Shown here: positions 24,872 through 38,469 of the stretch, in pieces
Position numbering within the stretch: the stretch's first letter is position 1
How the letters are laid out: every line of letters begins with the position of its first letter
DNA from: Escherichia coli
GTDB taxonomy: Bacteria; Pseudomonadota; Gammaproteobacteria; Enterobacterales; Enterobacteriaceae
DNA length: 64,000 nucleotides
Reading direction: 5' to 3' (one strand)
Assembly (NCBI RefSeq): GCF_050920415.1
Contig: NZ_CP169309.1
The notes under the pieces: generated by a model
Told to the model about the DNA's origin: nothing
Databases searched by the model: none
The model's input: only the letters and a program-made list of their open reading frames with translations
Position numbers and translations under genes: made by a program

Positions 24872-25567
24872 TCAGGCGAATCCCGGCCGTAACACACCAT
24901 CCGGATAATTCTCCGCCAGCAGTTTTTTTACCGATACCAGCAAATCATTCAGCCCATCGTCCTGCATTCCCAGTTTGATAAGCTCCTGTTCCAGTGAAAA
25001 CAGGTATTGTGCGTTGGTTCCCAGTGGACCGCTCGCCGCCGCAATCAACGGCGCGATGACCTGAGCGCGAGTGTCAGATTCATATTCCGGATGTCGCGGG
25101 TCCATAATAAACACAATGGCGTTTACTGTGCGTCCATCATCAAGATCAAGCTGACACCAGGTTGGCAGATAACAGCCGGTAATCATCTCGCGCTTCCACA
25201 ACAGGGTTAGTTCCTGCTCCAGCGTCTCTTCTGGCAGTCGATAGGCGACGCCTGTGGTGCGTCCGCCCTCTTTCAGTGCAAGCATCCGTCCCGGCTGGTG
25301 CGCAGTCCCGCGCCCGGCGGTCAGGCGCAGGCAAAACGCGCGATGCCATCCAACCAGTGTACCGGTGCACGACTCGGTAAACTCCAGTGCCGGATTCCAC
25401 ATCAACGATCCATAACCGAAGATCCACACCGGTCCCTCATCAGGTCGACAAGCCAGCGTCGCCGCCAGCGAAGCCGCCCGTTGCTCTGCTGACCATAAGA
25501 GTGATTCTTCAATGGCACCAAATGCCGTTTTACAATCGGCATTCATCAAGAAATCACGCGTTATCAC
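24872..25567 (-). CDS. chaC: Glutathione-specific gamma-glutamylcyclotransferase ChaC
   Basis: Start taken at GTG 25567 (231 aa; V-ITRDFLMNADCKTAFG...); the track ORF extends 12 codons upstream. GYGSLMWNP motif. Confidence 0.85.
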   Translation of the reverse strand: MITRDFLMNADCKTAFGAIEESLLWSAEQRAASLAATLACRPDEGPVWIFGYGSLMWNPALEFTESCTGTLVGWHRAFCLRLTAGRGTAHQPGRMLALKEGGRTTGVAYRLPEETLEQELTLLWKREMITGCYLPTWCQLDLDDGRTVNAIVFIMDPRHPEYESDTRAQVIAPLIAAASGPLGTNAQYLFSLEQELIKLGMQDDGLNDLLVSVKKLLAENYPDGVLRPGFA

Positions 25568-25723
25568 CTTACACCTCCGCCACTGCATACTTCCCTGCGA
25601 CAACTTTTTGGTGTCTTCCGGACATTTTACTGCTCATTTTGAAACCATTAACGGGACAATATGCAATCCACGGACCACTTGCAAGGCAACACCGCACGAA
25701 TAGCTTTAACTAAGCTACCGGTT

Positions 25724-25954
25724 TTACGATTTTTTATGCCATTTATCATCATCCCCTTTGGCATATTCATGCTTCACAGCAGCCCAGGCCACTTTATGCG
25801 CGGTTTCTTCGCGACTGGCGTCATCACGCCGATCTTCTTTATCTTTATATTGATCCCATGCGCTGTTGAACGCTTCTTTATAGATATCCTGAGCATGAGA
25901 CGGTAGCACGTGCTTTACGCTTTCCGGCAGATCGCTTTTCGTTTTATACGGCAT
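25724..25954 (-). CDS. chaB: Cation transport regulator ChaB
   Basis: 76-aa ORF MPYKTKSDLPESVKHVLPSHAQDIYKEAFNSAWDQYKDKEDRRDD... Confidence 0.9.
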   Translation of the reverse strand: MPYKTKSDLPESVKHVLPSHAQDIYKEAFNSAWDQYKDKEDRRDDASREETAHKVAWAAVKHEYAKGDDDKWHKKS

Positions 25955-26223
25955 CGTTGACTCCTTTTACAAAGTTGAACATTAAGTGTGGTCAACAATA
26001 TCCACTCTTGCCAAAACATAAGAATTTTCATGTCAGACTCTTCTTAAGAAACGCTAAAACAAACATTGTCTAAACGCATTGCTTATTTTTATGGCCCGAT
26101 GAGTAAAAAATCGACAGCGGGGTAAAAATTCGTAAAATGTTACCGATATCCAGACACTTTCTGTTATTTTTCCTACCTATTTTTTACATTTTCGATAAAT
26201 TCATCTGCAAAGGGATAACCATA

Positions 26224-27324
26224 ATGTCAAATGCTCAAGAGGCGGTAAAAACCCGCCACAAGGAGACTTCGCTTATTTTCCCGGTTCTGGCGCTGGTAGT
26301 GCTGTTCCTGTGGGGAAGCAGCCAGACACTACCAGTGGTCATTGCCATCAACCTTCTTGCTCTTATTGGTATTTTAAGTAGCGCCTTTAGTGTTGTCCGT
26401 CATGCGGACGTATTAGCCCATCGCCTGGGAGAACCTTACGGTTCGCTTATTCTTAGCCTTTCAGTGGTTATTCTTGAAGTCAGTTTGATTTCAGCTTTAA
26501 TGGCAACCGGCGACGCCGCGCCAACGCTAATGCGTGATACGCTCTATTCAATCATTATGATTGTTACCGGTGGGCTGGTTGGCTTTTCATTATTGTTGGG
26601 CGGACGCAAGTTTGCCACCCAATATATGAATCTGTTTGGTATCAAGCAGTATTTAATTGCGCTGTTCCCCCTGGCGATAATCGTACTGGTATTTCCAATG
26701 GCTCTGCCTGTGGCGAATTTTTCAACCGGTCAGGCGTTACTGGTAGCATTAATTTCTGCGGCAATGTATGGCGTATTTTTGCTGATCCAGACCAAAACGC
26801 ATCAAAGTTTATTTGTCTACGAGCACGAAGATGACAGTGATGATGACGACCCGCACCACGGTAAACCGTCTGCCCATAGCAGCCTGTGGCATGCTATCTG
26901 GTTGATTGTCCATCTGATTGCCGTTATTGCAGTCACCAAAATGAACGCCAGCCCGCTGGAGACATTGCTCGACAGCATGAATGCCCCTGTCGCCTTTACT
27001 GGCTTCCTGGTGGCTCTGTTGATTCTGTCGCCGGAAGGTTTAGGTGCGTTAAAAGCAGTGTTGAACAACCAGGTCCAGCGCGCGATGAATCTGTTCTTTG
27101 GTTCAGTGTTAGCAACCATTTCGCTTACCGTACCTGTCGTCACGCTAATTGCCTTTATGACGGGTAACGAATTGCAGTTTGCACTTGGTGCGCCTGAAAT
27201 GGTGGTGATGGTGGCCTCTTTAGTGCTGTGCCATATCTCCTTCTCCACCGGACGTACTAACGTGCTCAATGGCGCAGCGCATCTGGCACTGTTTGCCGCC
27301 TATTTGATGACGATATTTGCCTGA
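26224..27324 (+). CDS. chaA: Na+(Ca2+)/H+ antiporter ChaA (CaCA family)
   Basis: 366 aa from ATG 26224 (MSNAQEAVKTRHKETSLIFPVLALVVLF...); the track ORF begins 29 codons upstream at TTG; acidic DDSDDDD loop. Confidence 0.92.
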   Translation: MSNAQEAVKTRHKETSLIFPVLALVVLFLWGSSQTLPVVIAINLLALIGILSSAFSVVRHADVLAHRLGEPYGSLILSLSVVILEVSLISALMATGDAAPTLMRDTLYSIIMIVTGGLVGFSLLLGGRKFATQYMNLFGIKQYLIALFPLAIIVLVFPMALPVANFSTGQALLVALISAAMYGVFLLIQTKTHQSLFVYEHEDDSDDDDPHHGKPSAHSSLWHAIWLIVHLIAVIAVTKMNASPLETLLDSMNAPVAFTGFLVALLILSPEGLGALKAVLNNQVQRAMNLFFGSVLATISLTVPVVTLIAFMTGNELQFALGAPEMVVMVASLVLCHISFSTGRTNVLNGAAHLALFAAYLMTIFA

Positions 27325-27614
27325 CAGTTATATCTCCTCCGATGACAGAAATCGGGGGAGATAATATAAATTCCTGCTTATTGTATTTCTTCATACTACC
27401 TGAACAGGTCGTTAATCAGAATTGCGAGCCTGTACCACAACCTGCACGAAACCACTGCAACAGCTGTTGAAAAGCCGGAATGTACTCTTTATTGCAAACA
27501 TTTCAGGGATGAAGTGAAGATGAATTGAGACGTAATATCCACACCAAGCCGGCGTTATCCGGTGAGGCGCAATGTTGCGGGGGCTTTATCCCTGGTGGCA
27601 TTGGTTGCTGGAAA

Positions 27615-27681
27615 GAGAAAACCCCCGCACGTTGAGAGGTAAAACCTGACAACAGAACGGGGGCTAATCTTGAACCATCAA
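27615..27681 (-). ncRNA. rdl: Rdl-type antisense RNA (antitoxin), copy 1, approximate ends
   Basis: Minus-strand sequence ...AGATTAGCCCCCGTTCTGTTGTCAGGTTTTACCTCTCAACGTGCGGGGGTTTTCTC matches the Rdl RNA as I remember it; ends in its own hairpin plus U-run. Confidence 0.5.
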
Positions 27682-27729
27682 CAATTCAAGAATAGCCGCA
27701 AAATGTTGTCATTACAACAAGGCGGCTAT

Positions 27730-27837
27730 ATGACGCTCGCGCAGTTTGCCATGATTTTCTGGCACGACCTAGCGGCACCGATCCTGGCGGGGATTATTAC
27801 CGCAGTGATTGTCAGCTGGTGGCGTAACCGGAAGTAA
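27730..27837 (+). CDS. ldr: Ldr-family type I toxin peptide (35 aa)
   Basis: ATG...TAA encodes MTLAQFAMIFWHDLAAPILAGIITAVIVSWWRNRK, a single-TM peptide ending WWRNRK; near-identical to LdrA/B/C. Confidence 0.85.
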   Translation: MTLAQFAMIFWHDLAAPILAGIITAVIVSWWRNRK

Positions 27838-27885
27838 GGTGAAAACGGGCGTCAGGCTGCCGTGATGGCAATATGCGCCCGAAAC

Positions 27886-27919
27886 CGGCCGCAGGGGTAA
27901 CAGCCTGCGGCCCTTTTTG
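27886..27919 (+). terminator. Rho-independent terminator of ldr copy 1
   Basis: GGCCGCAGG-GGTAACAG-CCTGCGGCC stem-loop followed by TTTTT. Confidence 0.75.
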
Positions 27920-28150
27920 TCTTTATCTCTTCTGCAAGTAAATATTGGCAACCCGAGCTGGAAGCATCATCCAGAGCACTCATGAAACGACTGTAACAGC
28001 TGTTGAAAAACCGGAATGCACTCTTCATTGCAAACATTTCAGGGATGAAGTGAAGATGAATTGAGACGTAGTATCCACACCAAGCCGGAGTTATCCGGTG
28101 AGGCGCAATGTTGCGGGGGCTCTATCCCTGGTGGCATTGGTTGCTGGAAA

Positions 28151-28217
28151 GAGAAAACCCCCGCACGTTGAGAGGTACAACCTGACAACAGAACGGGGGC
28201 TAATCTTGAAACCAGAC
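28151..28217 (-). ncRNA. rdl: Rdl-type antisense RNA (antitoxin), copy 2
   Basis: Minus strand reads GTCTGGTTTCAAGATTAGCCCCCGTTCTGTTGTCAGGTTGTACCTCTCAACGTGCGGGGGTTTTCTC, with terminal hairpin and U-run. Confidence 0.55.
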
Positions 28218-28264
28218 ACTTCAAGAATAGCCGCAAAATGTTGTCATTACAACAAGGCGGCTAT

Positions 28265-28372
28265 ATGACGCTCGCGCAGTTTGCCATGACTTTCTGGCAC
28301 GACCTGGCAGCACCGATCCTGGCGGGAATTATTACCGCAGCGATTGTCAGCTGGTGGCGTAACCGGAAGTAA
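28265..28372 (+). CDS. ldr: Ldr-family type I toxin peptide (35 aa), copy 2
   Basis: Encodes MTLAQFAMTFWHDLAAPILAGIITAAIVSWWRNRK; differs from copy 1 at two residues (I9T, V26A). Confidence 0.85.
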   Translation: MTLAQFAMTFWHDLAAPILAGIITAAIVSWWRNRK

Positions 28373-28419
28373 GGTGAAAACGGGCGTCAGGCTGCCGTGA
28401 TGGCAATATGCGCCCGAAA

Positions 28420-28454
28420 CCGGCCGCAGGGGTAACAGCCTGCGGCCTTTTTTG
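28420..28454 (+). terminator. Rho-independent terminator of ldr copy 2
   Basis: Same GGCCGCAGG...CCTGCGGCC hairpin followed by TTTTTT. Confidence 0.75.
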
Positions 28455-28465
28455 TATCCGGCCCC

Positions 28466-28500
28466 ATGAAAAAAGCCTTAACGCAGAACGCTAAGGCTTT
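28466..28500 (-). terminator. Stem-loop/terminator downstream of kdsA (possibly bidirectional)
   Basis: AAGCCTTA...TAAGGCTT inverted repeat flanked by an A-run and a T-rich tract, about 20 nt past the kdsA stop. Confidence 0.5.
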
Positions 28501-28519
28501 AGTTTTCAGGCAAAAAAGA

Positions 28520-29383
<864 letters not shown>

Positions 29384-29409
29384 TTAATCTTGAGTAAAAT
29401 GTCGATTAA

Positions 29410-30219
29410 TTAATGCAGCACAATATGTTTATGCGCGATGTTATTTATTTGCGCACGGAGCATTTCGCTGATCGGGTCTTCCGGACACTGTTCAACGAAA
29501 TAACTTAAATCGTTCAACGCAACGTGTTCGCAATCCAGTTGCGCATAAATCAACCCGCGATCGCGAATTTCATAGGGATCTTCCGGGTTGAATTGTAATA
29601 ATGCTTCGCTGGTACGTAGCGCCAGCTCCATCTGATTTTCTTCCATCAACGAAGCTTTGAGTGTATCCAGCAATTTGCGGATTACCTCAATGTTATCAGC
29701 TTCATCAAGGTCTTCATAAAACAGTTCCGCCGACGGGCTGATATTTCCCTTTAACCATACGTCCAGCATATGTTCGCTTAACGATTCACCGTTAAAAGGA
29801 TTAATCAGCCAAATTTCGCCATCCGGACATTCAATGCGCAGTATCAGCTGCGTAGGGAAAATCACCGGCAGCAGCGGCAAATCGAGACGATTCGCGACCC
29901 ATAATAAAACGGCACCTAATGATACGGCACTGCCCTGTCGATTCTTTAACACCTGGTCCAGCCATAATGCATCGGAAAGACGATAAACGCCGCGTGAGGC
30001 TTTAAATCCCCAGTCGCCGTAAAACAGCGCGATCAGTTTTTCCAGCTGCTCTTCTAAAGGCAGAAGCTGGCTGATTTCTTCCTTCGCCAGAGTAACGAGA
30101 CGCTCCAGTTCGTCGTAAACATCTTGCGAGGGAAAATCGCGGCGGATTGCTTCGCAAGCCAGGATCATGCCTTCGCACAATGGCGCTTTATTAAATTCGA
30201 AATCAGCTAACGATCTCAT
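29410..30219 (-). CDS. sirB1: SirB1/YchA (transglutaminase-like/TPR protein)
   Basis: 269-aa ORF MRSLADFEFNKAPLCEGMILACEAIRRDFPSQDVYDELERL...; conserved position between kdsA and sirB2. Confidence 0.88.
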   Translation of the reverse strand: MRSLADFEFNKAPLCEGMILACEAIRRDFPSQDVYDELERLVTLAKEEISQLLPLEEQLEKLIALFYGDWGFKASRGVYRLSDALWLDQVLKNRQGSAVSLGAVLLWVANRLDLPLLPVIFPTQLILRIECPDGEIWLINPFNGESLSEHMLDVWLKGNISPSAELFYEDLDEADNIEVIRKLLDTLKASLMEENQMELALRTSEALLQFNPEDPYEIRDRGLIYAQLDCEHVALNDLSYFVEQCPEDPISEMLRAQINNIAHKHIVLH

Positions 30220-30222
30220 GAC

Positions 30223-30615
30223 TTACCCCAGTAACGGTACTTTTGTGGTGGCGAGTTTAATGATGATGTACAGCACCACCAACGCCAGCGGGAAGGCAAT
30301 AATGCGCGCCTGCTGACTGTGCATACGACGATAATCGAGTGCAATAAAACCCAAAACGATATAAATGATAACTCCAAACAGCTTTTCAGTCAGCCACTGT
30401 GCCTGCCCGGAAAATGGCAGGATGTGCGCTTTAGCCATCAACGCAATGCCGCTTAACAATAACACCGTATCGACAACCGGCGGCACAATGCGCGTCCAAC
30501 GAGCAAATGCCTGTGGATGCTTCTGATAACGTAGCCAGAAACGTAAGGTTAATAGCCCTACAGAAAGCGCAATGCTAATGAGATGAACGCTAAGCAGTGT
30601 AGAAAAACTTGTCAT
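30223..30615 (-). CDS. sirB2: SirB2/YchQ small inner membrane protein
   Basis: 130-aa hydrophobic ORF MTSFSTLLSVHLISIALSVGLLTLRFWLRY... Confidence 0.88.
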   Translation of the reverse strand: MTSFSTLLSVHLISIALSVGLLTLRFWLRYQKHPQAFARWTRIVPPVVDTVLLLSGIALMAKAHILPFSGQAQWLTEKLFGVIIYIVLGFIALDYRRMHSQQARIIAFPLALVVLYIIIKLATTKVPLLG

Positions 30616-31445
30616 TGATAATAGCGGCCGAGCGTTACGCGCTCGTTATCACCATAGTCCCGACAGGTTTCGACGTCATGATATCCCGCGTGGATAAATA
30701 CCTGTCGCACCGCTTCGCCCTGCTGCCAGCCATGTTCCAGAAGCAGAAAGCCGCCGGATACCAGCGCGTTACGCGACTGTTCGATGATATGCACGATGTC
30801 TGCCATTCCACTGTCTGCCGCAACCAGCGCAGTGAGCGGCTCAAAGCGGACATCGCCTTGTTGAAGATGTGGGTCCTGCTCGTCAATATACGGCGGATTA
30901 CTGACAATCATCGCAAACTGCTGCCCGGCTAGCGCGCTAAACCAGTTGCTTTGCAGAATATGGATATTTTTGATCGCCAGATTCTGGGCATTACGTTGCG
31001 CCAGGGCGATAGCATCAGGCATACGATCTACAGCGGTAATTTCGCAGTCCGGGCGCTCGCTAGCCAGCGCCAGCGCAATCGCCCCGGTACCCGTCCCGAG
31101 ATCGAGAATACGGCAAGGTTGTTCAGGCAACCGCGCCAGTGCCTGCTCCACCAGACACTCCGTATCCGGGCGCGGAATTAAGGTCGCTGGCGAAACAAAT
31201 AACGGCAGCGACCAGAATTCTCGCACCCCGGTTAAATGAGCAATAGGTTCACCATCGCGACGACGCGTCAGTAGCGCATCAAGTTGCTGACATTGTTCGT
31301 CAGTCAGCTGCGTTTCACCAAAGGCGAGAATAAAAGTACGCCCTTTGCCGGTAACATGCTCCAGCAGGATTTCAGCATCACGCCGCGGGCTTTCGCTCGC
31401 CTGAAGTTGGCTTATTGCTTCACGTAACCAGTGTTGATATTCCAT
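30612..31445 (-). CDS. prmC: Release factor glutamine N5-methyltransferase PrmC (HemK)
   Basis: 277-aa ORF with SAM motif LDLGTGTGAIALALA and catalytic NPPY (VSNPPYIDE); overlaps sirB2 start and prfA stop. Confidence 0.95.
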   Translation of the reverse strand: MEYQHWLREAISQLQASESPRRDAEILLEHVTGKGRTFILAFGETQLTDEQCQQLDALLTRRRDGEPIAHLTGVREFWSLPLFVSPATLIPRPDTECLVEQALARLPEQPCRILDLGTGTGAIALALASERPDCEITAVDRMPDAIALAQRNAQNLAIKNIHILQSNWFSALAGQQFAMIVSNPPYIDEQDPHLQQGDVRFEPLTALVAADSGMADIVHIIEQSRNALVSGGFLLLEHGWQQGEAVRQVFIHAGYHDVETCRDYGDNERVTLGRYYQ

Positions 31446-32527
31446 TATTCCTGCTCGGACAACGCCGCCAGTTGATCGGCCTGATGTTCCTGGATAATCG
31501 GTTCAATCAGCATATCCAGCTTACCTTCCATCACTTCATCCAGACGGTAGAGCGTCAGGTTGATGCGGTGATCAGTAACGCGCCCCTGCGGGAAATTGTA
31601 AGTACGGTTACGGTCGCTGCGATCGCCACTCCCCAGCAGGTTACGACGGGTAGACGCTTCGGCCTGTTGCCGTTTTGCCATTTCTGCAGCGTGGATGCGA
31701 GCACCAAGTACAGAAAGTGCTTTAGCTTTGTTTTTATGTTGTGAACGTTCGTCCTGACATTCAACAACAATCCCGGTCGGCAAGTGAGTAATACGAATTG
31801 CCGAATCGGTGGTGTTAACGTGCTGACCACCCGCCCCTGACGAGCGGAAAGTATCAATGCGCAAATCTGCTGGGTTGATGTCCGGGAGTTCTGCGTCAGG
31901 CAGTTCTGGCATTACCGCAACGGTACAAGCAGAAGTATGAATTCGACCCTGCGATTCCGTAGCAGGCACACGCTGCACGCGATGACCGCCAGATTCGAAT
32001 TTCAAACGACCATATACACCATCACCGCTAATTTTGGCGATGATCTCTTTATAGCCACCATGTTCACCCTCGCTGGCGCTCATGATTTCTACACGCCAGC
32101 GGCGGGCTTCGGCGTAACGGCTGTACATACGGAACAGATCGCCAGCGAAGAGCGCCGCTTCGTCGCCGCCGGTTCCGGCACGGACTTCGAGGAAGGCGTT
32201 ACGTTCGTCATCAGGATCTTTTGGTAGTAACAGAACCTGTAATTGCTGTTCCAGTTGCTCGCTTTTTTCTTTAGCTTCGCGCAGTTCATCCTGCGCCATC
32301 TCACGCATTTCAGGATCGTCGAGCATCATCTGTGCGGTTTCGATATCTTCCTGAACCTGTTGCCAGTCGGTAAAACAGCGCGAAACATCACTTAACTGCG
32401 CATATTCGCGTGATAATGCGCGAAAACGTTCCTGGTCGGCGATAGTTTGCGCCTCACCCAGCAATGCCTGAACTTCTTCATGGCGTTCATGCAGGGCTTC
32501 CAGTTTGGCAACGATAGAAGGCTTCAT
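31445..32527 (-). CDS. prfA: Peptide chain release factor 1
   Basis: 360-aa ORF with GGQ motif ([23 protein letters not shown]). Confidence 0.97.
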   Translation of the reverse strand: MKPSIVAKLEALHERHEEVQALLGEAQTIADQERFRALSREYAQLSDVSRCFTDWQQVQEDIETAQMMLDDPEMREMAQDELREAKEKSEQLEQQLQVLLLPKDPDDERNAFLEVRAGTGGDEAALFAGDLFRMYSRYAEARRWRVEIMSASEGEHGGYKEIIAKISGDGVYGRLKFESGGHRVQRVPATESQGRIHTSACTVAVMPELPDAELPDINPADLRIDTFRSSGAGGQHVNTTDSAIRITHLPTGIVVECQDERSQHKNKAKALSVLGARIHAAEMAKRQQAEASTRRNLLGSGDRSDRNRTYNFPQGRVTDHRINLTLYRLDEVMEGKLDMLIEPIIQEHQADQLAALSEQE

Positions 32528-32568
32528 AGGCGTAAATGCACCCTGTAAAAAAAGAAAATGATGTACTG

Positions 32569-33825
32569 CTACTCCAGCCCGAGGCTGTCGCGCAGAATAT
32601 TCAGGCGTTCGTTATCCCCGTCACGGGCGGCCTGTTGAAGTGATTTCGTTGGCACATGGATCAGGCGGTTAGTCAGTTTCCATGCCAGATCCTGCATAAT
32701 GGCTTGAGCGTCGCCGCCCTGCTCAAGGGCCGCTAACGCTTTGGCGGTTAACTCATCGCGAACTTGCTCTGCCTGGCTGCGATACTCGCGAATGGTTTCG
32801 CTGGCGCTTTGTGCACGCAGCCACGCCATAAATTCGCTGGTTTCCTGGGCGACGATAGTCTCCGCCTCAACTGCGGCAGCTTTACGTTGCGCCAGGTTGT
32901 GCGAAATAATGCTTTGTAGATCGTCAACACTATAAAGGTAAGCATTCGCCAGTTTGCCAACTTCCGGCTCAACATCGCGCGGAACGGCAATATCTACCAA
33001 CAGCATCGGTTGGTTGCGACGGCTTTTTAATGCGCGCTCCACCATGCCTTTTCCGATAATCGGTAACGGGCTGGCGGTGGAACTGATGATGATATCGGCT
33101 TCGCGCAGACGTTCGTCAATATCGCTCAAGGCAATCACTTCTGCGCCGACTTCATCTGCCAGAATTTGGGCGCGTTCGCGAGTACGGTTGGCGATAATCA
33201 TCTTCTGTACTTTGTGTTCACGTAGATGACGCGCCACCAGCTCGATGGTTTCGCCCGCACCCACCAGCAGTACCGTCACCGTAGAGAGCGATTCAAAGAT
33301 CTGACGCGCCAGCGTACAAGCCGCAAAAGCGACAGACACAGCGCTGGCACCGATATCGGTTTCAGTACGAACGCGTTTTGCGACAGAGAAAGATTTCTGG
33401 AACATGCGTTCCAGTTCGCTGGCCTTCATATGGCCTTTTTGCGAATCGGCAAACGCCTTTTTAACCTGACCGAGGATCTGCGGTTCCCCCAGAACCAGTG
33501 AATCCAGGCCGCTGGCAACACGCATTAAATGGCTAACTGCATCGTTATCCTGATGCCAGTAGAGGCTTTTACGCAGATCGTCTTCATTGAGATTATGGTA
33601 ATCGCAAAGCCAACGAATTAACGCCTCTTGCAGGTTATCCTGCTCTTCAACGCTAAGATAAAGTTCTGTGCGGTTACACGTCGACAGTACCACGCCGCCC
33701 TGCACCATCGGCTGCGCAAGCAGGCTGTCAAGCGCCTGATCGAGCTTATCCGGCGAAAACGATACACGTTCTCGCAGCGATACAGGAGCCGTTTTATGGT
33801 TGATACCGAGTGCTAAAAGGGTCAT
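32569..33825 (-). CDS. hemA: Glutamyl-tRNA reductase
   Basis: 418 aa from ATG 33825 ([23 protein letters not shown]...); the track ORF extends 66 codons upstream from a non-ATG start. Confidence 0.94.
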   Translation of the reverse strand: MTLLALGINHKTAPVSLRERVSFSPDKLDQALDSLLAQPMVQGGVVLSTCNRTELYLSVEEQDNLQEALIRWLCDYHNLNEDDLRKSLYWHQDNDAVSHLMRVASGLDSLVLGEPQILGQVKKAFADSQKGHMKASELERMFQKSFSVAKRVRTETDIGASAVSVAFAACTLARQIFESLSTVTVLLVGAGETIELVARHLREHKVQKMIIANRTRERAQILADEVGAEVIALSDIDERLREADIIISSTASPLPIIGKGMVERALKSRRNQPMLLVDIAVPRDVEPEVGKLANAYLYSVDDLQSIISHNLAQRKAAAVEAETIVAQETSEFMAWLRAQSASETIREYRSQAEQVRDELTAKALAALEQGGDAQAIMQDLAWKLTNRLIHVPTKSLQQAARDGDNERLNILRDSLGLE

Positions 33826-33969
33826 GTCTGCGGGAAATAATACCAACGTTGATAGGGTTAGTCTGCTCGCATCATACAGGATGCGCGAGATCAATAAAAG
33901 AGAGTGCCCCCTTTTGGAGTAATTGCCGAAAGCCGTTAGATTCTGGCAATTAAGACAACTTGAACATAG

Positions 33970-34661
<692 letters not shown>

Positions 34662-34662
<1 letters not shown>

Positions 34663-35513
34663 TGCGGACACAGTGGCCCTCTCCAGCAAAACTTAATCTG
34701 TTTTTATACATTACCGGTCAGCGTTCGGACGGTTACCACACGCTGCAAACGCTGTTTCAGTTTCTTGATTACGGCGACACCATCAGCATTGAGCTTCGTG
34801 ACGATGGGGATATTCGTCTGTTAACCCCCGTTGAAGGCGTGGAACATGAAGATAACCTGATCGTTCGCGCAGCACGGTTGCTGATGAAAACAGCAGCCGC
34901 CAGCGGGCGTCTTCCTACGGGAAGCGGTGCAGAAATCAGTATTGACAAGCGTTTGCCGATGGGCGGCGGTCTAGGTGGTGGTTCATCCAATGCCGCGACG
35001 GTGCTGGTGGCATTAAACCATCTCTGGCAATGCGGGCTAAGCATTGATGAACTGGCGGAAATGGGGCTGACGCTGGGCGCAGATGTTCCTGTCTTTGTTC
35101 GGGGGCATGCCGCGTTTGCCGAAGGCGTTGGTGAAATACTAACGCCGGTGGATCCGCCAGAGAAGTGGTACTTGGTGGCGCACCCTGGTGTAAGTATTCC
35201 GACACCGGTGATTTTTAAAGATCCTGAACTCCCGCGCAATACGCCAAAAAGGTCAATAGAAACGTTGCTAAAATGTGAATTCAGCAATGATTGCGAGGTT
35301 ATCGCAAGAAAACGTTTTCGCGAGGTTGATGCGGTGCTTTCCTGGCTGTTAGAATACGCCCCGTCGCGCCTGACTGGGACAGGGGCCTGTGTCTTTGCTG
35401 AATTTGATACAGAGTCTGAAGCCCGCCAGGTGCTAGAGCAAGCCCCGGAATGGCTCAATGGCTTTGTGGCGAAAGGCGTTAATCTTTCCCCATTGCACAG
35501 AGCCATGCTTTAA
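34662..35513 (+). CDS. ispE: 4-diphosphocytidyl-2-C-methyl-D-erythritol kinase
   Basis: 283-aa ORF; GHMP kinase motif [14 protein letters not shown]; ATG overlaps the lolB stop. Confidence 0.95.
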
Positions 35514-35537
35514 GCCGGGCAAGCTGAGTTTCGGTGA

Positions 35538-36611
<1,074 letters not shown>

Positions 36612-36628
36612 TCGAACCCGGCTCAAAG

Positions 36629-36651
36629 ACCCGCTGCGGCGGGTTTTTTTG
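36629..36651 (+). terminator. Rho-independent terminator after prs
   Basis: ACCCGC-TGCG-GCGGGT hairpin followed by TTTTTTT. Confidence 0.7.
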
Positions 36652-36735
36652 TCTGTAATATCCATTTGTATGACCTATGCCTCCTTCACCTGCCATTTAG
36701 TTGACAGATGATGCGCTCACGGATGAAACATTATT

Positions 36736-38415
36736 GTGAACAAAATATTTTCCTCACATGTGATGCCTTTCCGCGCTCTGATCGACGCTTGCTGGAAAGA
36801 AAAATATACTGCCGCACGGTTTACCCGTGACCTGATTGCCGGGATAACCGTCGGGATTATTGCTATCCCGCTGGCGATGGCGTTGGCTATTGGTAGTGGT
36901 GTGGCACCCCAGTACGGTTTATATACCGCAGCTGTTGCGGGGATTGTCATTGCTCTGACGGGGGGGTCACGCTTTAGCGTTTCCGGTCCGACTGCGGCAT
37001 TTGTGGTAATTCTCTATCCCGTTTCGCAACAGTTTGGACTGGCAGGACTGCTGGTCGCGACCTTGCTGTCGGGGATCTTTTTGATTCTGATGGGGCTGGC
37101 ACGCTTTGGTCGCCTGATTGAGTATATTCCGGTTTCCGTCACCTTAGGTTTCACCTCGGGTATCGGGATCACCATCGGTACCATGCAGATTAAAGATTTT
37201 CTCGGTCTGCAAATGGCCCATGTCCCGGAACATTATCTACAAAAAGTCGGCGCATTATTTATGGCGCTGCCGACCATTAATGTGGGTGATGCTGCCATTG
37301 GCATTGTGACGCTTGGCATTCTGGTTTTCTGGCCGCGTCTGGGCATTCGTTTGCCTGGTCACCTTCCGGCCTTACTCGCTGGTTGCGCGGTGATGGGGGT
37401 TGTTAACCTGCTCGGCGGACATGTTGCTACCATCGGTTCGCAATTCCACTACGTTCTGGCCGATGGTTCTCAGGGTAACGGTATTCCGCAATTGCTGCCA
37501 CAACTGGTGCTGCCATGGGATCTACCTGATTCAGAATTCACGCTAACCTGGGATTCTATTCGCACACTGCTGCCTGCGGCATTCTCAATGGCAATGCTCG
37601 GCGCAATCGAATCTCTGCTCTGCGCCGTGGTACTGGATGGTATGACCGGAACGAAACACAAAGCGAACAGCGAACTGGTTGGACAGGGACTGGGGAATAT
37701 CATCGCCCCGTTCTTTGGTGGTATTACCGCTACAGCTGCCATCGCGCGTTCTGCCGCTAACGTCCGTGCCGGGGCAACTTCCCCTATCTCGGCGGTGATC
37801 CACTCTATTCTGGTTATTCTTGCCCTGCTGGTACTGGCACCGCTGCTCTCCTGGCTGCCGCTTTCCGCCATGGCGGCCCTGCTGTTGATGGTAGCGTGGA
37901 ACATGAGTGAAGCGCACAAAGTGGTCGACTTGCTGCGTCATGCGCCGAAAGATGACATCATCGTCATGCTACTGTGTATGTCATTGACTGTGCTGTTTGA
38001 TATGGTTATTGCCATCAGTGTGGGGATCGTGTTGGCATCGCTGCTGTTTATGCGTCGTATCGCGCGTATGACTCGCCTGGCACCAGTAGTCGTAGACGTT
38101 CCAGACGATGTCCTGGTTCTGCGCGTTATTGGCCCGCTGTTCTTTGCTGCGGCTGAAGGCCTGTTCACGGACCTCGAGTCACGCCTCGAAGGCAAGCGGA
38201 TTGTCATTCTGAAGTGGGATGCCGTTCCGGTGCTTGATGCTGGTGGCCTTGATGCATTCCAGCGTTTTGTGAAGCGTCTGCCCGAAGGATGTGAACTCCG
38301 CGTGTGTAACGTGGAATTCCAGCCGCTGCGCACTATGGCTCGCGCAGGGATTCAACCGATCCCGGGACGCCTGGCGTTCTTCCCGAATCGTCGCGCGGCG
38401 ATGGCGGATTTATAA
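36736..38415 (+). CDS. dauA: C4-dicarboxylate transporter DauA (SulP family, STAS domain)
   Basis: 559-aa ORF from GTG: [51 protein letters not shown]... Confidence 0.93.
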   Translation: MNKIFSSHVMPFRALIDACWKEKYTAARFTRDLIAGITVGIIAIPLAMALAIGSGVAPQYGLYTAAVAGIVIALTGGSRFSVSGPTAAFVVILYPVSQQFGLAGLLVATLLSGIFLILMGLARFGRLIEYIPVSVTLGFTSGIGITIGTMQIKDFLGLQMAHVPEHYLQKVGALFMALPTINVGDAAIGIVTLGILVFWPRLGIRLPGHLPALLAGCAVMGVVNLLGGHVATIGSQFHYVLADGSQGNGIPQLLPQLVLPWDLPDSEFTLTWDSIRTLLPAAFSMAMLGAIESLLCAVVLDGMTGTKHKANSELVGQGLGNIIAPFFGGITATAAIARSAANVRAGATSPISAVIHSILVILALLVLAPLLSWLPLSAMAALLLMVAWNMSEAHKVVDLLRHAPKDDIIVMLLCMSLTVLFDMVIAISVGIVLASLLFMRRIARMTRLAPVVVDVPDDVLVLRVIGPLFFAAAEGLFTDLESRLEGKRIVILKWDAVPVLDAGGLDAFQRFVKRLPEGCELRVCNVEFQPLRTMARAGIQPIPGRLAFFPNRRAAMADL

Positions 38416-38469
38416 GTACGAAATTGACCAGTCAGCGCAAACTGACTGGTCAGCAAACGGCATTATTTG

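Larger units (their letters stand above)
27459..28455 (+). repeat. Two tandem ~536-bp ldr/rdl type I toxin-antitoxin repeat units (27459-27994, 27995-~28455)
   Basis: Second unit repeats the first with scattered substitutions; each holds a 35-codon Ldr ORF, an antisense Rdl-like sequence and a terminator hairpin. Confidence 0.9.

Noticed and set aside
27325-27360. Hairpin ATCTCCTCC...GGGGGAGAT after chaA considered as a regulatory element
   Set aside because: Most simply explained as the chaA transcription terminator or stabilising stem-loop; nothing unusual
27769-28236. Small minus-strand ORFs (60-65 aa) in the ldr/rdl region
   Set aside because: They overlap the Ldr toxin ORFs and terminator hairpins and recur only because the region is duplicated; the real products here are the 35-aa Ldr peptides and Rdl RNAs
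34769-35506. 245-codon minus-strand ORF antisense to ispE (and 36-38 kb minus-strand ORFs antisense to prs/dauA)
   Set aside because: Shadow ORFs with Ser/Ala/Pro-rich low-complexity translations, fully contained within recognised genes
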